From the NCBI GenBank assembly GCA_014240285.1, contig JAAZXI010000003.1:398-64397 (forward strand): a stretch of 64,000 nucleotides of DNA, read 5' to 3'. Under the pieces are notes generated by a model, which was not told the origin of the DNA, did not search any database, and worked only from the letters and a program-made list of their open reading frames with translations. The position numbers and the translations under genes are program-made. This DNA comes from Methanobacteriota archaeon. GTDB lineage: Archaea > Thermoplasmatota > Poseidoniia > Poseidoniales > Thalassarchaeaceae. This document shows positions 1 to 7,971 of this stretch, piece by piece (the stretch's first letter is position 1; every line of letters begins with the position of its first letter).

Positions 1-1
1 A

Positions 2-763
2 GACACAATCAACCATCTCGCTGAGTGGACCGATCTGATGGGCTATGATTGGCATCACCTGACTGGACCTACATCCACCCTCCAAGACACGTACAGATTA
101 TGGAATGTGATAGTGGATAACGAGCACATAAACGCCAGTCAGCCGCCCGAGGATGAGTCAAACCGAATTGCAGTGCTTTACCCTGACAATTCAACATTCC
201 ACCATGACGAAAACGGAGTGGGCCTGAGCGGGAGTGATTTCGCAACGCGGGTTTTCAACGAGTCTAACATAAGTTATGACATGGCTGAAGGAATCATCGG
301 GGACTGGCAATCAGATGGCGAATGGACGTGGGTGCTGCATGCATGGAATGTAGAGAACGAATCTTGGGCAGTGACTCAAGAGAGTGTCTCATCCACTATC
401 CTCAGTGCTAGCACTCACCTTGCTTGGGCTGCCAGCAACGCTGACCTCGACAACCTACCTCCCGGTGTAGACTGTGATGGGCGTGGCTGGGTAATGGGAT
501 CAGGAGGCGGGGCTCACTGCATGTGCGACGATGGCTACGAGAGGCCGGACGGAGATTGGCTGTCATGCATAACCGAAGACACAGGTAGTAGTAATGGTGA
601 CGGGGCAGATCCTCACGAGGAATCCTTGGGCGAGTACGAGGTCGGTCATTCGACAGTGACCTTCATCCTCGACAAGCAGCTACGCAAGCGCGTCGCCTAC
701 TCGGGGATTAACTGGGAAGCGGATGAATTTCTACACGATCTGAAAGCACTGGTAGACGAGTGA
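2..763 (+). CDS. SCO1/SenC-like thioredoxin-fold protein, 5' end cut by the window edge, carrying a large Cys-containing insertion
   Basis: The frame is open from base 2 (DTINHLAEWTDLMGYDWHHLTG). The HLTG segment and the C-terminal YEVGHSTVTFILDKQLRKRVAYSG..EFLHDLKAL resemble the two halves of the SCO1/SenC core around the conserved His. About 170 aa of insert lies between them. Confidence 0.55.
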   Translation, partial: DTINHLAEWTDLMGYDWHHLTGPTSTLQDTYRLWNVIVDNEHINASQPPEDESNRIAVLYPDNSTFHHDENGVGLSGSDFATRVFNESNISYDMAEGIIGDWQSDGEWTWVLHAWNVENESWAVTQESVSSTILSASTHLAWAASNADLDNLPPGVDCDGRGWVMGSGGGAHCMCDDGYERPDGDWLSCITEDTGSSNGDGADPHEESLGEYEVGHSTVTFILDKQLRKRVAYSGINWEADEFLHDLKALVDE

Positions 764-772
764 TTCAGGGGT

Positions 773-2848
773 TTGTTTCAAGAGTCCGCCCCTTATGGGG
801 CGGACATGGTAGACGATGGGGTGGCTCGCTCACTTTTCCTCACAGGACTGATGGTTACCAGCGTGTTGGTTGGCGTGCTTTTCTTCGATATCCAGAAAGA
901 GGGCGAGAACCTTGCCCCAGTAATCGAAGGCGACATTCCGACCAATATTCTCTTCGGTAGCATCGATTCACTTAGCCTGAGCATCCTAGACGAAGAGATG
1001 GCTGGGTTGACTGTGACCGTGTTTCTCGACGGAGTGGAAATCCAAGACCAATTAGATGGGAATGGGAATCTGACCATAGACATCTCTCAGCTCGGAATCG
1101 GTAGCCATGCGATTAAGGTGGAGGCTGTAGACAGTCTCGGCCAAGAATCGAAGTGGTCAGCCGCATTCATGATTGAGTACCCTGATGAGGGGTACACGGT
1201 TCTCGTAGTCAGCAGCAACGAGATAATCGTTGAGAGGGGGAACAGCACCACGGCCTCGGGAGTCTTGGTCCACCAGAACATGGATACCTGCGATCTAGAG
1301 TGGTCTGACGGCGACATTGACGAATTCAGCCTCAACCTACCGTTCTACGAGGATGGTGGGTTCGACCTAGGGTTTTCAAACGTCCAAGCGAACCTGACCA
1401 TCTCGGTACGAGGGACCTGTGGGGCCTGGGTTAACTCGAGCGAGACCAAGATTTTCAATATCACAGTCACTGAGCCGGCGGCAGAGCCGGAGCCCACTCA
1501 AGGATGCACCGATCCGGAGGCCAACAACTACGACGAGGCCGCTGAGGAGGACGACGGTTCGTGCACCTATGACGAAGAACCAGAACCCACTAGTGGATGC
1601 ACCGATTCTGAGGCAAATAACTACGACGAGACCGCTGAGGAGGACGATGGCTCATGCGAGTATGACGAAGAGCCAGAGCCCGTGGTCGTGACCGGTTCTG
1701 AGGAATGGTGGGACATGACTTTGCTGTGCGACGATGGGAACTCGTCGATGGTGGATGATTACAATACCACTGGAGATGGAGAAGTGCCTGACAACTGGCA
1801 GTGCGAAGTGGACTTCACCATTGATTCCGGGAACATTACCATCAGTTCCAACGGCCTGCCCAATCATGACTTCCACTCAGGTCCAGGCTGCTGTGCGAGT
1901 GAACAAGACTCGACATGGGTCATTCCATTGGAACCTACCAATGATAGCATGTGCAATCCAAGTGTTTCATCCGATGGCTGCACGATGGCACCAGAGAGAG
2001 GGGCCATTGCGTTCGCTGTCAATGGGGTCGCAATCTACGGGCCCGAGGACGGGCCCGGAGGGGATGCAGTGGCTGGTCAAGAGGGGGCGTACGAGGAAGA
2101 TCGACAACACGTCTGGTTGGGCCTATGTCACGGACACTCCGGACCGGGCGGTGAGTATCACTATCACGCCGACGCCAACTGTGTTCATTGGCATCCCGAA
2201 GGTGAACAAAACTGGTTGAACTACAGTATGGAATCATCGAGGACGGTGGCTGAACACTCGCCGATAATCGGATTTGCCCTCGACGGCTACTCAATTTACG
2301 GGTTCGTCGGCTGGGACGATGACGAGGAGGTCGCCGAAATGACTTCTTCCTACCGGCTCAAGGAGGGCGAGACTGGATACAACGGGATTGATGACTACGA
2401 GTATATTTCTGGACTTGGTGATTTGGACTCGTGCAATGGTCACTATGGGCCCACGCCAGATTGGCCGGAAGGCATCTATCACTATCACAGTACATGGGAG
2501 AACGGAGAGGGTGGAATTGGATTCCCCTACTTCATCAACTGCTACAGAGGCGAATTGTCTTCGGGAGAGGAGGAGGATCCCTGTGCTGGGGGACCCCCGG
2601 ATGGTGATGTTTGGGGGCCGGGGATTGGCCCCCCTCCAGAAGGATGTGGCGAAGGCCCACCTCCGGGAGGGCAGTCAACCGAGGGGCTCAGTCTGATAGC
2701 CCTGCCATATGAGATAATTCCCCCCAATGGAGGGTCGATTATCGCCATGCTCGCGATGGCGGCGATAATGATTAGAGGATTGGCATCCGCCGAAGGCGCT
2801 CTAGATCGGGTTGGTACAACTCGCGGATATCGTCCAACTCCAGAATGA
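773..2848 (+). CDS. Membrane-anchored surface protein with a YHYH domain, two Cys-bounded NNYD modules and a Gly/Pro-rich stalk
   Basis: It has an N-terminal TM (LFLTGLMVTSVLVGVLFF). YHYH-family motifs are NGLPNHDF, GEYHYH, GFALDGYSIYG, CNGH and GIYHYH. A C-terminal hydrophobic segment reads IIAMLAMAAIMI. The start could instead be the ATG at 806. Confidence 0.7.
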   Translation: MFQESAPYGADMVDDGVARSLFLTGLMVTSVLVGVLFFDIQKEGENLAPVIEGDIPTNILFGSIDSLSLSILDEEMAGLTVTVFLDGVEIQDQLDGNGNLTIDISQLGIGSHAIKVEAVDSLGQESKWSAAFMIEYPDEGYTVLVVSSNEIIVERGNSTTASGVLVHQNMDTCDLEWSDGDIDEFSLNLPFYEDGGFDLGFSNVQANLTISVRGTCGAWVNSSETKIFNITVTEPAAEPEPTQGCTDPEANNYDEAAEEDDGSCTYDEEPEPTSGCTDSEANNYDETAEEDDGSCEYDEEPEPVVVTGSEEWWDMTLLCDDGNSSMVDDYNTTGDGEVPDNWQCEVDFTIDSGNITISSNGLPNHDFHSGPGCCASEQDSTWVIPLEPTNDSMCNPSVSSDGCTMAPERGAIAFAVNGVAIYGPEDGPGGDAVAGQEGAYEEDRQHVWLGLCHGHSGPGGEYHYHADANCVHWHPEGEQNWLNYSMESSRTVAEHSPIIGFALDGYSIYGFVGWDDDEEVAEMTSSYRLKEGETGYNGIDDYEYISGLGDLDSCNGHYGPTPDWPEGIYHYHSTWENGEGGIGFPYFINCYRGELSSGEEEDPCAGGPPDGDVWGPGIGPPPEGCGEGPPPGGQSTEGLSLIALPYEIIPPNGGSIIAMLAMAAIMIRGLASAEGALDRVGTTRGYRPTPE
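1484..1681 (+). repeat. In-frame tandem repeat, two 93-nt units plus the first 12 nt of a third
   Basis: Unit starts at 1484, 1577 and 1670 all encode EPEP. The units encode EPEPTQGCTDPEANNYDEAAEEDDGSCTYDE and EPEPTSGCTDSEANNYDETAEEDDGSCEYDE. Confidence 0.9.
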
Positions 2849-4295
2849 GCATCGCTAAGCGCTCTAGCCCCAAACCCCAAGCACAAACAGGCCACTCTGT
2901 CCCAAGGGGTTCTGTCACTTCAGGTCGAAAGATTCCAGAGCCGCCGAGCTCGAGCCATTCTCCCCTCCACATGACGTCTACCTCGACGCTCGGCTCAGTG
3001 TACGGGAAATATGCCGGGCGCACCCTAACATCCGGGAATCCCATTTTCGAGTAGAATGTCTTGAGCGTTGAGATGAGCATTGGTAGATTGGCCTCGGACT
3101 CGTGGATGATACCTTCAATCTGGTAGAACTCTGGGAGATGCGTCCGATCTATCGACTCTTGGCGGAAGACCCTACCTATCCCGAACACACGACAGGGCTC
3201 GTGAGGGTTCTCGGCGATGTGCCGAACGGTGTTGACCGTGGTGTGGGTCCTCAGAAGAGCCTTCTTCGCCTCCCTCTGATCGAAGGTGCCCCCCCAGCCC
3301 CTGCTGCCGGTGTCGTGGCCGTGTTCGTGCACTTTGGCCCACAAATCTAGGTACTTCTGTTCGACCTCTACCTGCTCTGGCTCGGAGAGGTAGAAGGTAT
3401 CCTGCATGGTACGAGCCGGATGAGACTGTGGGATGAACAGCGAATCCATGTTCCATCCTGCAGATTGGACGAAGTTCCCCTCGATCTCGGAGAATCCCAT
3501 CTCGAGGAAGACCGAGCGAATCATCTCGATTAGTGCCTGCATGGGATGCGGTCTGCCGCCGGACGGAGTGGGGGCTGGGGCGTTGACGTCGAACGGCTTG
3601 AATCTCGCATCCTTCCAGTCCTCTCCTTGGAGTAGTTCCGGGGTAACATCTCCAATCAAGTCAACCTCTGCGAGCGTTGATGGGTCGACAGATGATCCGG
3701 CCTCAGTGAGAGTCCAACTCCGCGAAACACGCTCCTCCACTACAATCAAACCCTTGCGAGATGAGAAGTGACTAACCATGTCGGCGTCCAGTGCGAACTG
3801 CTCGATGGGGCCGACCGATAGGGATTCGATGAAGGCGGACCTCTGCTCGATGACAGAAGCCACCGAGTCCTCGTCCTCGGCCACCAGAGAGCCGGCCTCG
3901 AGTCTGACTCCGAGGGCTTTGAGCAACCCTATCCCCGGTCCAGCCTCGTGGCGCTCGAACTCGGTTGACAGCGCAGCCATCGTCCTGCCGTCTGACTGCT
4001 GCTCCCTGAGCCACCCCCACAGTCGGGCCTCAAGAAGGCCCGTAGATGCGGCCGATGAGCCCTCTTCACCCAGTGAGACGGAATTTACTCGACCCTCCGA
4101 GACCTCGACCAGCCCTGCTTCCCCGAGGCCTGCCCCGGCTCCAGCTATGTGGACTTGGTCAGTCCAGCCCGTCACCGACAAGAGCTGTTCCAGGGACCAT
4201 GAGCGGGCGGGCTCTGAAAGCATCGCACGCAGCATCCGGCGCTCGTTGTTGCCCAGATCCACCGTGCCACCTCGGACCTTACCGAATTGAGGCAT
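2772..4295 (-). CDS. pheS: Phenylalanine--tRNA ligase alpha subunit, archaeal type
   Basis: The class II aaRS core is clear (FKPFDVNAP, HPMQ, FLEMGF, FIPQSHPARTMQDTFY, RTHTT, FRQE, GLGLERL). I chose the start at ATG 4295 to avoid the upstream gene. ATG 4382 and the ORF maximum at 4415 are alternatives. Confidence 0.9.
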   Translation of the reverse strand: MPQFGKVRGGTVDLGNNERRMLRAMLSEPARSWSLEQLLSVTGWTDQVHIAGAGAGLGEAGLVEVSEGRVNSVSLGEEGSSAASTGLLEARLWGWLREQQSDGRTMAALSTEFERHEAGPGIGLLKALGVRLEAGSLVAEDEDSVASVIEQRSAFIESLSVGPIEQFALDADMVSHFSSRKGLIVVEERVSRSWTLTEAGSSVDPSTLAEVDLIGDVTPELLQGEDWKDARFKPFDVNAPAPTPSGGRPHPMQALIEMIRSVFLEMGFSEIEGNFVQSAGWNMDSLFIPQSHPARTMQDTFYLSEPEQVEVEQKYLDLWAKVHEHGHDTGSRGWGGTFDQREAKKALLRTHTTVNTVRHIAENPHEPCRVFGIGRVFRQESIDRTHLPEFYQIEGIIHESEANLPMLISTLKTFYSKMGFPDVRVRPAYFPYTEPSVEVDVMWRGEWLELGGSGIFRPEVTEPLGTEWPVCAWGLGLERLAMLILELDDIRELYQPDLERLRRMPIL

Positions 4296-4336
4296 CCACT
4301 TGATGCTTGCCAATGCGCCGCCCTTAGGGGCGGCGA

Positions 4337-4840
4337 TTACTCCTCCTCGGACTCCCAGAGGAGTGTCGAGCACGAACTGCATGAGTGACTCCTCGGTTTT
4401 GGTCCGTCGACCCAATCTAGATTACCACACTTCCCGCAGAGCACGGAGGTCCTGATGGGGGCTTCCAGAGTAGTGTCGATGCGGTACATCACACGACCGG
4501 CATCTGGCATCTTGGTGGAATCGGGTTCCCATGCAGCGACCTTCTCAGGATCTACATTCTCCTCAACAGCCATCCCGAGCCCGACGACCAGGAGCACGAT
4601 TCCAGCGATTACCAGAGGAACTGCAACTGCTAGGGCGAAAGCAGAGACTCCTGAAGAGAGGATGATGCCGCTGCCGAGTGTAATGCACACCCATGCAGCA
4701 AGGACCGTATTGGTCCTGAGGTTGCTCTCAGGGACTAGTTGCACGCATCGTCGAGAAGACACGGACGCATGAAGATGGCCCTGAGAACCGAGTTTAGGGG
4801 ATGTAGGGTTCAAGAGTCCGAGTCTGTCGTCTTGGAGCAC
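4337..4840 (-). CDS. Hypothetical membrane protein with a C-terminal zinc ribbon
   Basis: It has two hydrophobic helices (VLAAWVCITLGSGIILSSGVSAFALAVAVPLVIAGIVLLVVGLG) and a CGKC...CSSC ribbon. The start is uncertain. The candidates I checked (4840, 4762, 4744) are all GTG, and no ATG precedes the TM region. The ORF maximum abuts tRNA-Thr. Confidence 0.45.
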   Translation of the reverse strand: MLQDDRLGLLNPTSPKLGSQGHLHASVSSRRCVQLVPESNLRTNTVLAAWVCITLGSGIILSSGVSAFALAVAVPLVIAGIVLLVVGLGMAVEENVDPEKVAAWEPDSTKMPDAGRVMYRIDTTLEAPIRTSVLCGKCGNLDWVDGPKPRSHSCSSCSTLLWESEEE

Positions 4841-4917
4841 GCCTCAGTAGCTCAGCCCGGTAGAGCATCTGATTTGTAATCAGACGGTCGGGGGTTCAAC
4901 TCCCTCCTGAGGCTCCA
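4841..4917 (+). tRNA. tRNA-Thr (anticodon UGU), CCA encoded
   Basis: The cloverleaf was read by eye. The acceptor is GCCTCAG/CTGAGGC. The anticodon stem is TCTGA/TCAGA with loop TTTGTAA. The T-arm is GGGGG-TTCAACT-CCCTC, followed by discriminator T and CCA. Confidence 0.9.
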
Positions 4918-4965
4918 AAATGAGACTATGAAAGGTCAAAGGGCGAGCCGCCCCGGGGGGCTGAC

Positions 4966-5817
4966 ATGAGCGCAGTGATTGTAGACGGAAAGGCACTCGC
5001 ACTCAGTCTCGAGAAAGGACTGCGCAAGCGAGTCGCGGCTCTCGAGGAGAGAGGGGTCGTCCCTCATCTTGCCGTGGTAATCGCCGGGGACGACCCTGCC
5101 AGTCACGTCTACGTCCGCAACAAGCAGCGGGCCTGTGAGAGGTGCGGCATCCTGAGCACCCGTATCGACCTGCCATCCAGAACCACACTAGAAGGCATAC
5201 TCGAAGTGGTCGCAGAACTAAACGATGATTCATCGGTACATGGAATTCTAGTCCAGAGTCCGGCTCCCGAGGGGGTTGACGAACTCGCCATCGCATCGGC
5301 TATTTCGTCGAAGAAGGATGTCGATGGATTCCATCCCAATAACCTAGGCAAGCTGGTGCAGGGCGATGCCAGCGGACTGCTGCCCTGTACTCCCTCCGGC
5401 GTGCTGATGATGCTCGAGGATAGTGGTACCGGACTCAGCGGTGCGAAGGCAGTCGTCCTCGGGCGCTCAAGGATAGTAGGTATGCCGATGGCACTGATGC
5501 TAGCGCAGCGAGGGGTGGATGCAACAGTGACCATTGCCCACTCACGAACTGAAGATACAGCGGCGCTGTGTCGAGAAGCCGACATCGTGGTGGCAGCTAT
5601 CGGCAGGCCTCACACTGTGAAAGCGGATTGGATCAAACCCGGCGCCTTCGTGGTCGATGTCGGCATCTCAAGGGCGGATGATGGAGGGCTCGCGGGGGAT
5701 GTCGACCCTAGAGTCAGTGAGGTCGCGGGCTGGTTGACCCCAGTCCCAGGGGGAGTCGGTCCCATGACTATCGCCATGCTGATGGCTAACACCGTGAGTG
5801 CGGCTGAGTCGGCCTAA
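4966..5817 (+). CDS. folD: Bifunctional methylenetetrahydrofolate dehydrogenase/cyclohydrolase
   Basis: The whole length resembles FolD (IIDGKALA-type N-terminus, PASHVYVRNKQRACE, VHGILVQSP, VDGFHP, CTPSGV, GRSRIVGMP, PGGVGPMTIAML). Confidence 0.95.
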   Translation: MSAVIVDGKALALSLEKGLRKRVAALEERGVVPHLAVVIAGDDPASHVYVRNKQRACERCGILSTRIDLPSRTTLEGILEVVAELNDDSSVHGILVQSPAPEGVDELAIASAISSKKDVDGFHPNNLGKLVQGDASGLLPCTPSGVLMMLEDSGTGLSGAKAVVLGRSRIVGMPMALMLAQRGVDATVTIAHSRTEDTAALCREADIVVAAIGRPHTVKADWIKPGAFVVDVGISRADDGGLAGDVDPRVSEVAGWLTPVPGGVGPMTIAMLMANTVSAAESA

Positions 5818-6128
5818 AATACGCCCAAATCGAACCTTGCATCCTCGCTAGCGTGAACCCGAGGATCCCAAGGTGGTGAGAATGTAAGATTCACATGGAC
5901 GCTACCCACCCCCTCAGTGGCTAGTGCTGAGCGATGCACTGCGGCCATAATCTCAGGGGCTACTGGGCAACCTGGACTGGTCAGGGTCATGTCAATCTCT
6001 GCATGTGTCCCATCATCACTCTCCTCGATTCTGATGGCGTAAATTAGCCCCAGCTCAGTAACTGAAATCTTCATCTCGGGATCCTCAACTTCCCTTAGTG
6101 ACTCCATAATCTCGGACTCGTTCACCAT
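5814..6128 (-). CDS. DUF59/SufT-like Fe-S assembly protein
   Basis: The motifs are typical of the MIP18/DUF59 family (VEDPEMKISVTELGLIY, MTLTSPGCPVAPEI). Confidence 0.85.
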   Translation of the reverse strand: MVNESEIMESLREVEDPEMKISVTELGLIYAIRIEESDDGTHAEIDMTLTSPGCPVAPEIMAAVHRSALATEGVGSVHVNLTFSPPWDPRVHASEDARFDLGVF

Positions 6129-6137
6129 AATAGATCC

Positions 6138-6566
6138 TCACTGAAGTAGGGCGGCCTCCTCTCTGACTCGCTTGAACATATTCAGGAAGCCGTTAGCCCT
6201 GCTCGGAGTGAGCGAGGAGCGGATGCCCATCGCCTCGGCGTAGTCTGGCTCCATCTCCGCCACATCGGCGAGATCCATGCCGTTGACGGCAATCGCTGTC
6301 ACCGCCATCAGGCCCTGCACTATCTGGGCGTCAGCACCTCCGCGCAGCAGGAATCTCCCACTCTCATCAACTGAGCAAATGACGTGTGCTCGGGACTGGC
6401 AGCCGTGAACCTGGTTGTTATCGTTCCACTCCTCCTGAGGGAGCGCTGACGGATGCATTTTGGCATAGTCGAACAGAAGCTCATAGCGCTCCATCGCGTC
6501 GAAACAGGCGCGGAACTCCTCGACTACCGGGTCGAGGTGCTCGGGCCACTTCCTGCTCCCAGTCAT
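6138..6566 (-). CDS. sufE: Cysteine desulfuration sulfur acceptor SufE
   Basis: It carries VHGCQSRAHV (the GCQS active-site Cys), GGADAQIVQGL and LTPSRANGFLNM, all close to E. coli SufE. Confidence 0.9.
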   Translation of the reverse strand: MTGSRKWPEHLDPVVEEFRACFDAMERYELLFDYAKMHPSALPQEEWNDNNQVHGCQSRAHVICSVDESGRFLLRGGADAQIVQGLMAVTAIAVNGMDLADVAEMEPDYAEAMGIRSSLTPSRANGFLNMFKRVREEAALLQ

Positions 6567-6608
6567 GCCACCGCGTCCTAGCGGCCAGCCTTGAACGTGA
6601 CTAGTCTG

Positions 6609-7835
6609 TCAGGCGAATCTCTCTATCACTTGGCTGAGGTACTCTACGAATGACTCCGCCTCTCCCATGGTATTGTAGATCCAGAACGAGGCACGGTTTG
6701 TCGAAGGCACTCCCAGAGCGTCCATCAGGGGCTGGGCGCAGTGATGTCCGGTCCTGACGGCGAAGCCTCCCTCGTCGAGTAGCAGTGCGAGGTCCTGAGA
6801 CTGGATGCTCTCGTGCAGGAAGGAGACTGCTCCGCTGCTGTCATCTCTATCGGGATCGCCGTAGATCTTGATTCCGGGGATATCCATCATCTGAGCCGCA
6901 GTCCACGAAGCGACGTCGTTGATGTGATCGTGGACCTCTCTCATGTCAAACTGATCAAGCCATTCCACAGCGGCCCCCCACCCTATCGCCTCCGCAATCC
7001 GGGGAGTTCCGGTCTCGAACATGGCGTGGCCTTCTTGGAACGTCGAACCTTCGGTAGTGACCCGCTTAATCATCGAGCCACCGGTCATGAACGGCCCCAT
7101 CTCGGCCATTGCATCTCGCTTCACTAGTATACAACCGATGCCAGTAGGTCCGGCCATCTTGTGAGCCGAAATGGCGACGAAATCGGCTCCCAGAGAGTCG
7201 AAGTCGATCCTCTCGTGAGGCGCGCCCTGCGCGCAGTCAATCAGTACCCGCGCACCAACGGAGTGTGACATTTTGACGATTTTCTCGACTGGATTGCGCA
7301 CCCCTAGCACGTTGCTAGTGTGGACAACGCAGACCAGCGAGGCGCCGTCCAGAGCCACTTCGAAGGCATCCATGTCGAGAGTGAAGGACTCGGTGTCTAT
7401 CGGCACGTACCTGACCTCGACGCCTTTGTCAATTGACATCTGCTGCCACGGAACGATGTCCGCGTGGTGCTCCATCTCGGTCAGGACCACGACGTCCCCC
7501 TCGTCGAGGTTTTCTCGCGCCCAGCCATAGGCGACTAGGTTGATTGCCTCAGTGGCGCCGCTGGTGTAAATCATCTGATCGGGCGAGGTTCCGAAGTAGG
7601 AGGAGATTTTTTCTCGAGCACTCTCTAGAGCTGTGGTTGCCTCGTCGGCGAGAGTGTGGTTGGCACGGTGGGCATTGGAGTTGTACTCCTCGTAATAGCG
7701 GGACATGGCGTCTATGACGCACTGCGGCTTCTGCGAGGTCGCGGCGTTGTCGAAGTAGACGAGTTTCTTGCCGTTCGGCAGAGTGCGTCCCAGAATCGGG
7801 AAATCGGCTCGTATAGCCTCGATATCTAGAGCCAT
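6609..7835 (-). CDS. sufS: Cysteine desulfurase SufS (class V aminotransferase)
   Basis: From ATG 7835 the N-terminus is MALDIEAIRADFPIL. Other motifs are YFDNAATSQKP, HHADIVPW, SAHKMAGPTGIG and RTGHHCAQP. The 75 codons upstream of 7835 in the ORF track have no family resemblance. Confidence 0.9.
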   Translation of the reverse strand: MALDIEAIRADFPILGRTLPNGKKLVYFDNAATSQKPQCVIDAMSRYYEEYNSNAHRANHTLADEATTALESAREKISSYFGTSPDQMIYTSGATEAINLVAYGWARENLDEGDVVVLTEMEHHADIVPWQQMSIDKGVEVRYVPIDTESFTLDMDAFEVALDGASLVCVVHTSNVLGVRNPVEKIVKMSHSVGARVLIDCAQGAPHERIDFDSLGADFVAISAHKMAGPTGIGCILVKRDAMAEMGPFMTGGSMIKRVTTEGSTFQEGHAMFETGTPRIAEAIGWGAAVEWLDQFDMREVHDHINDVASWTAAQMMDIPGIKIYGDPDRDDSSGAVSFLHESIQSQDLALLLDEGGFAVRTGHHCAQPLMDALGVPSTNRASFWIYNTMGEAESFVEYLSQVIERFA

Positions 7836-7971
7836 TGCTGTTCCTCGGTCATTTCGAGCAGACGGCCCAATATCAAGTCGCGCCAGAGGCGAGAATACAC
7901 AATGTAGGTAAAAAACGACTGAATTGGACATTGTCAGCGGATGTTTATTGTTCAGTACCCCCCTCCGACGC

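Noticed and set aside
3778-4290. A 170-aa plus-strand ORF antisense to pheS. Similar cases are 40287-40850 antisense to the radical SAM gene and 59109-59657 antisense to lonB.
   Set aside because: These are Ser/Pro/Arg-rich shadow frames opposite strongly supported genes.
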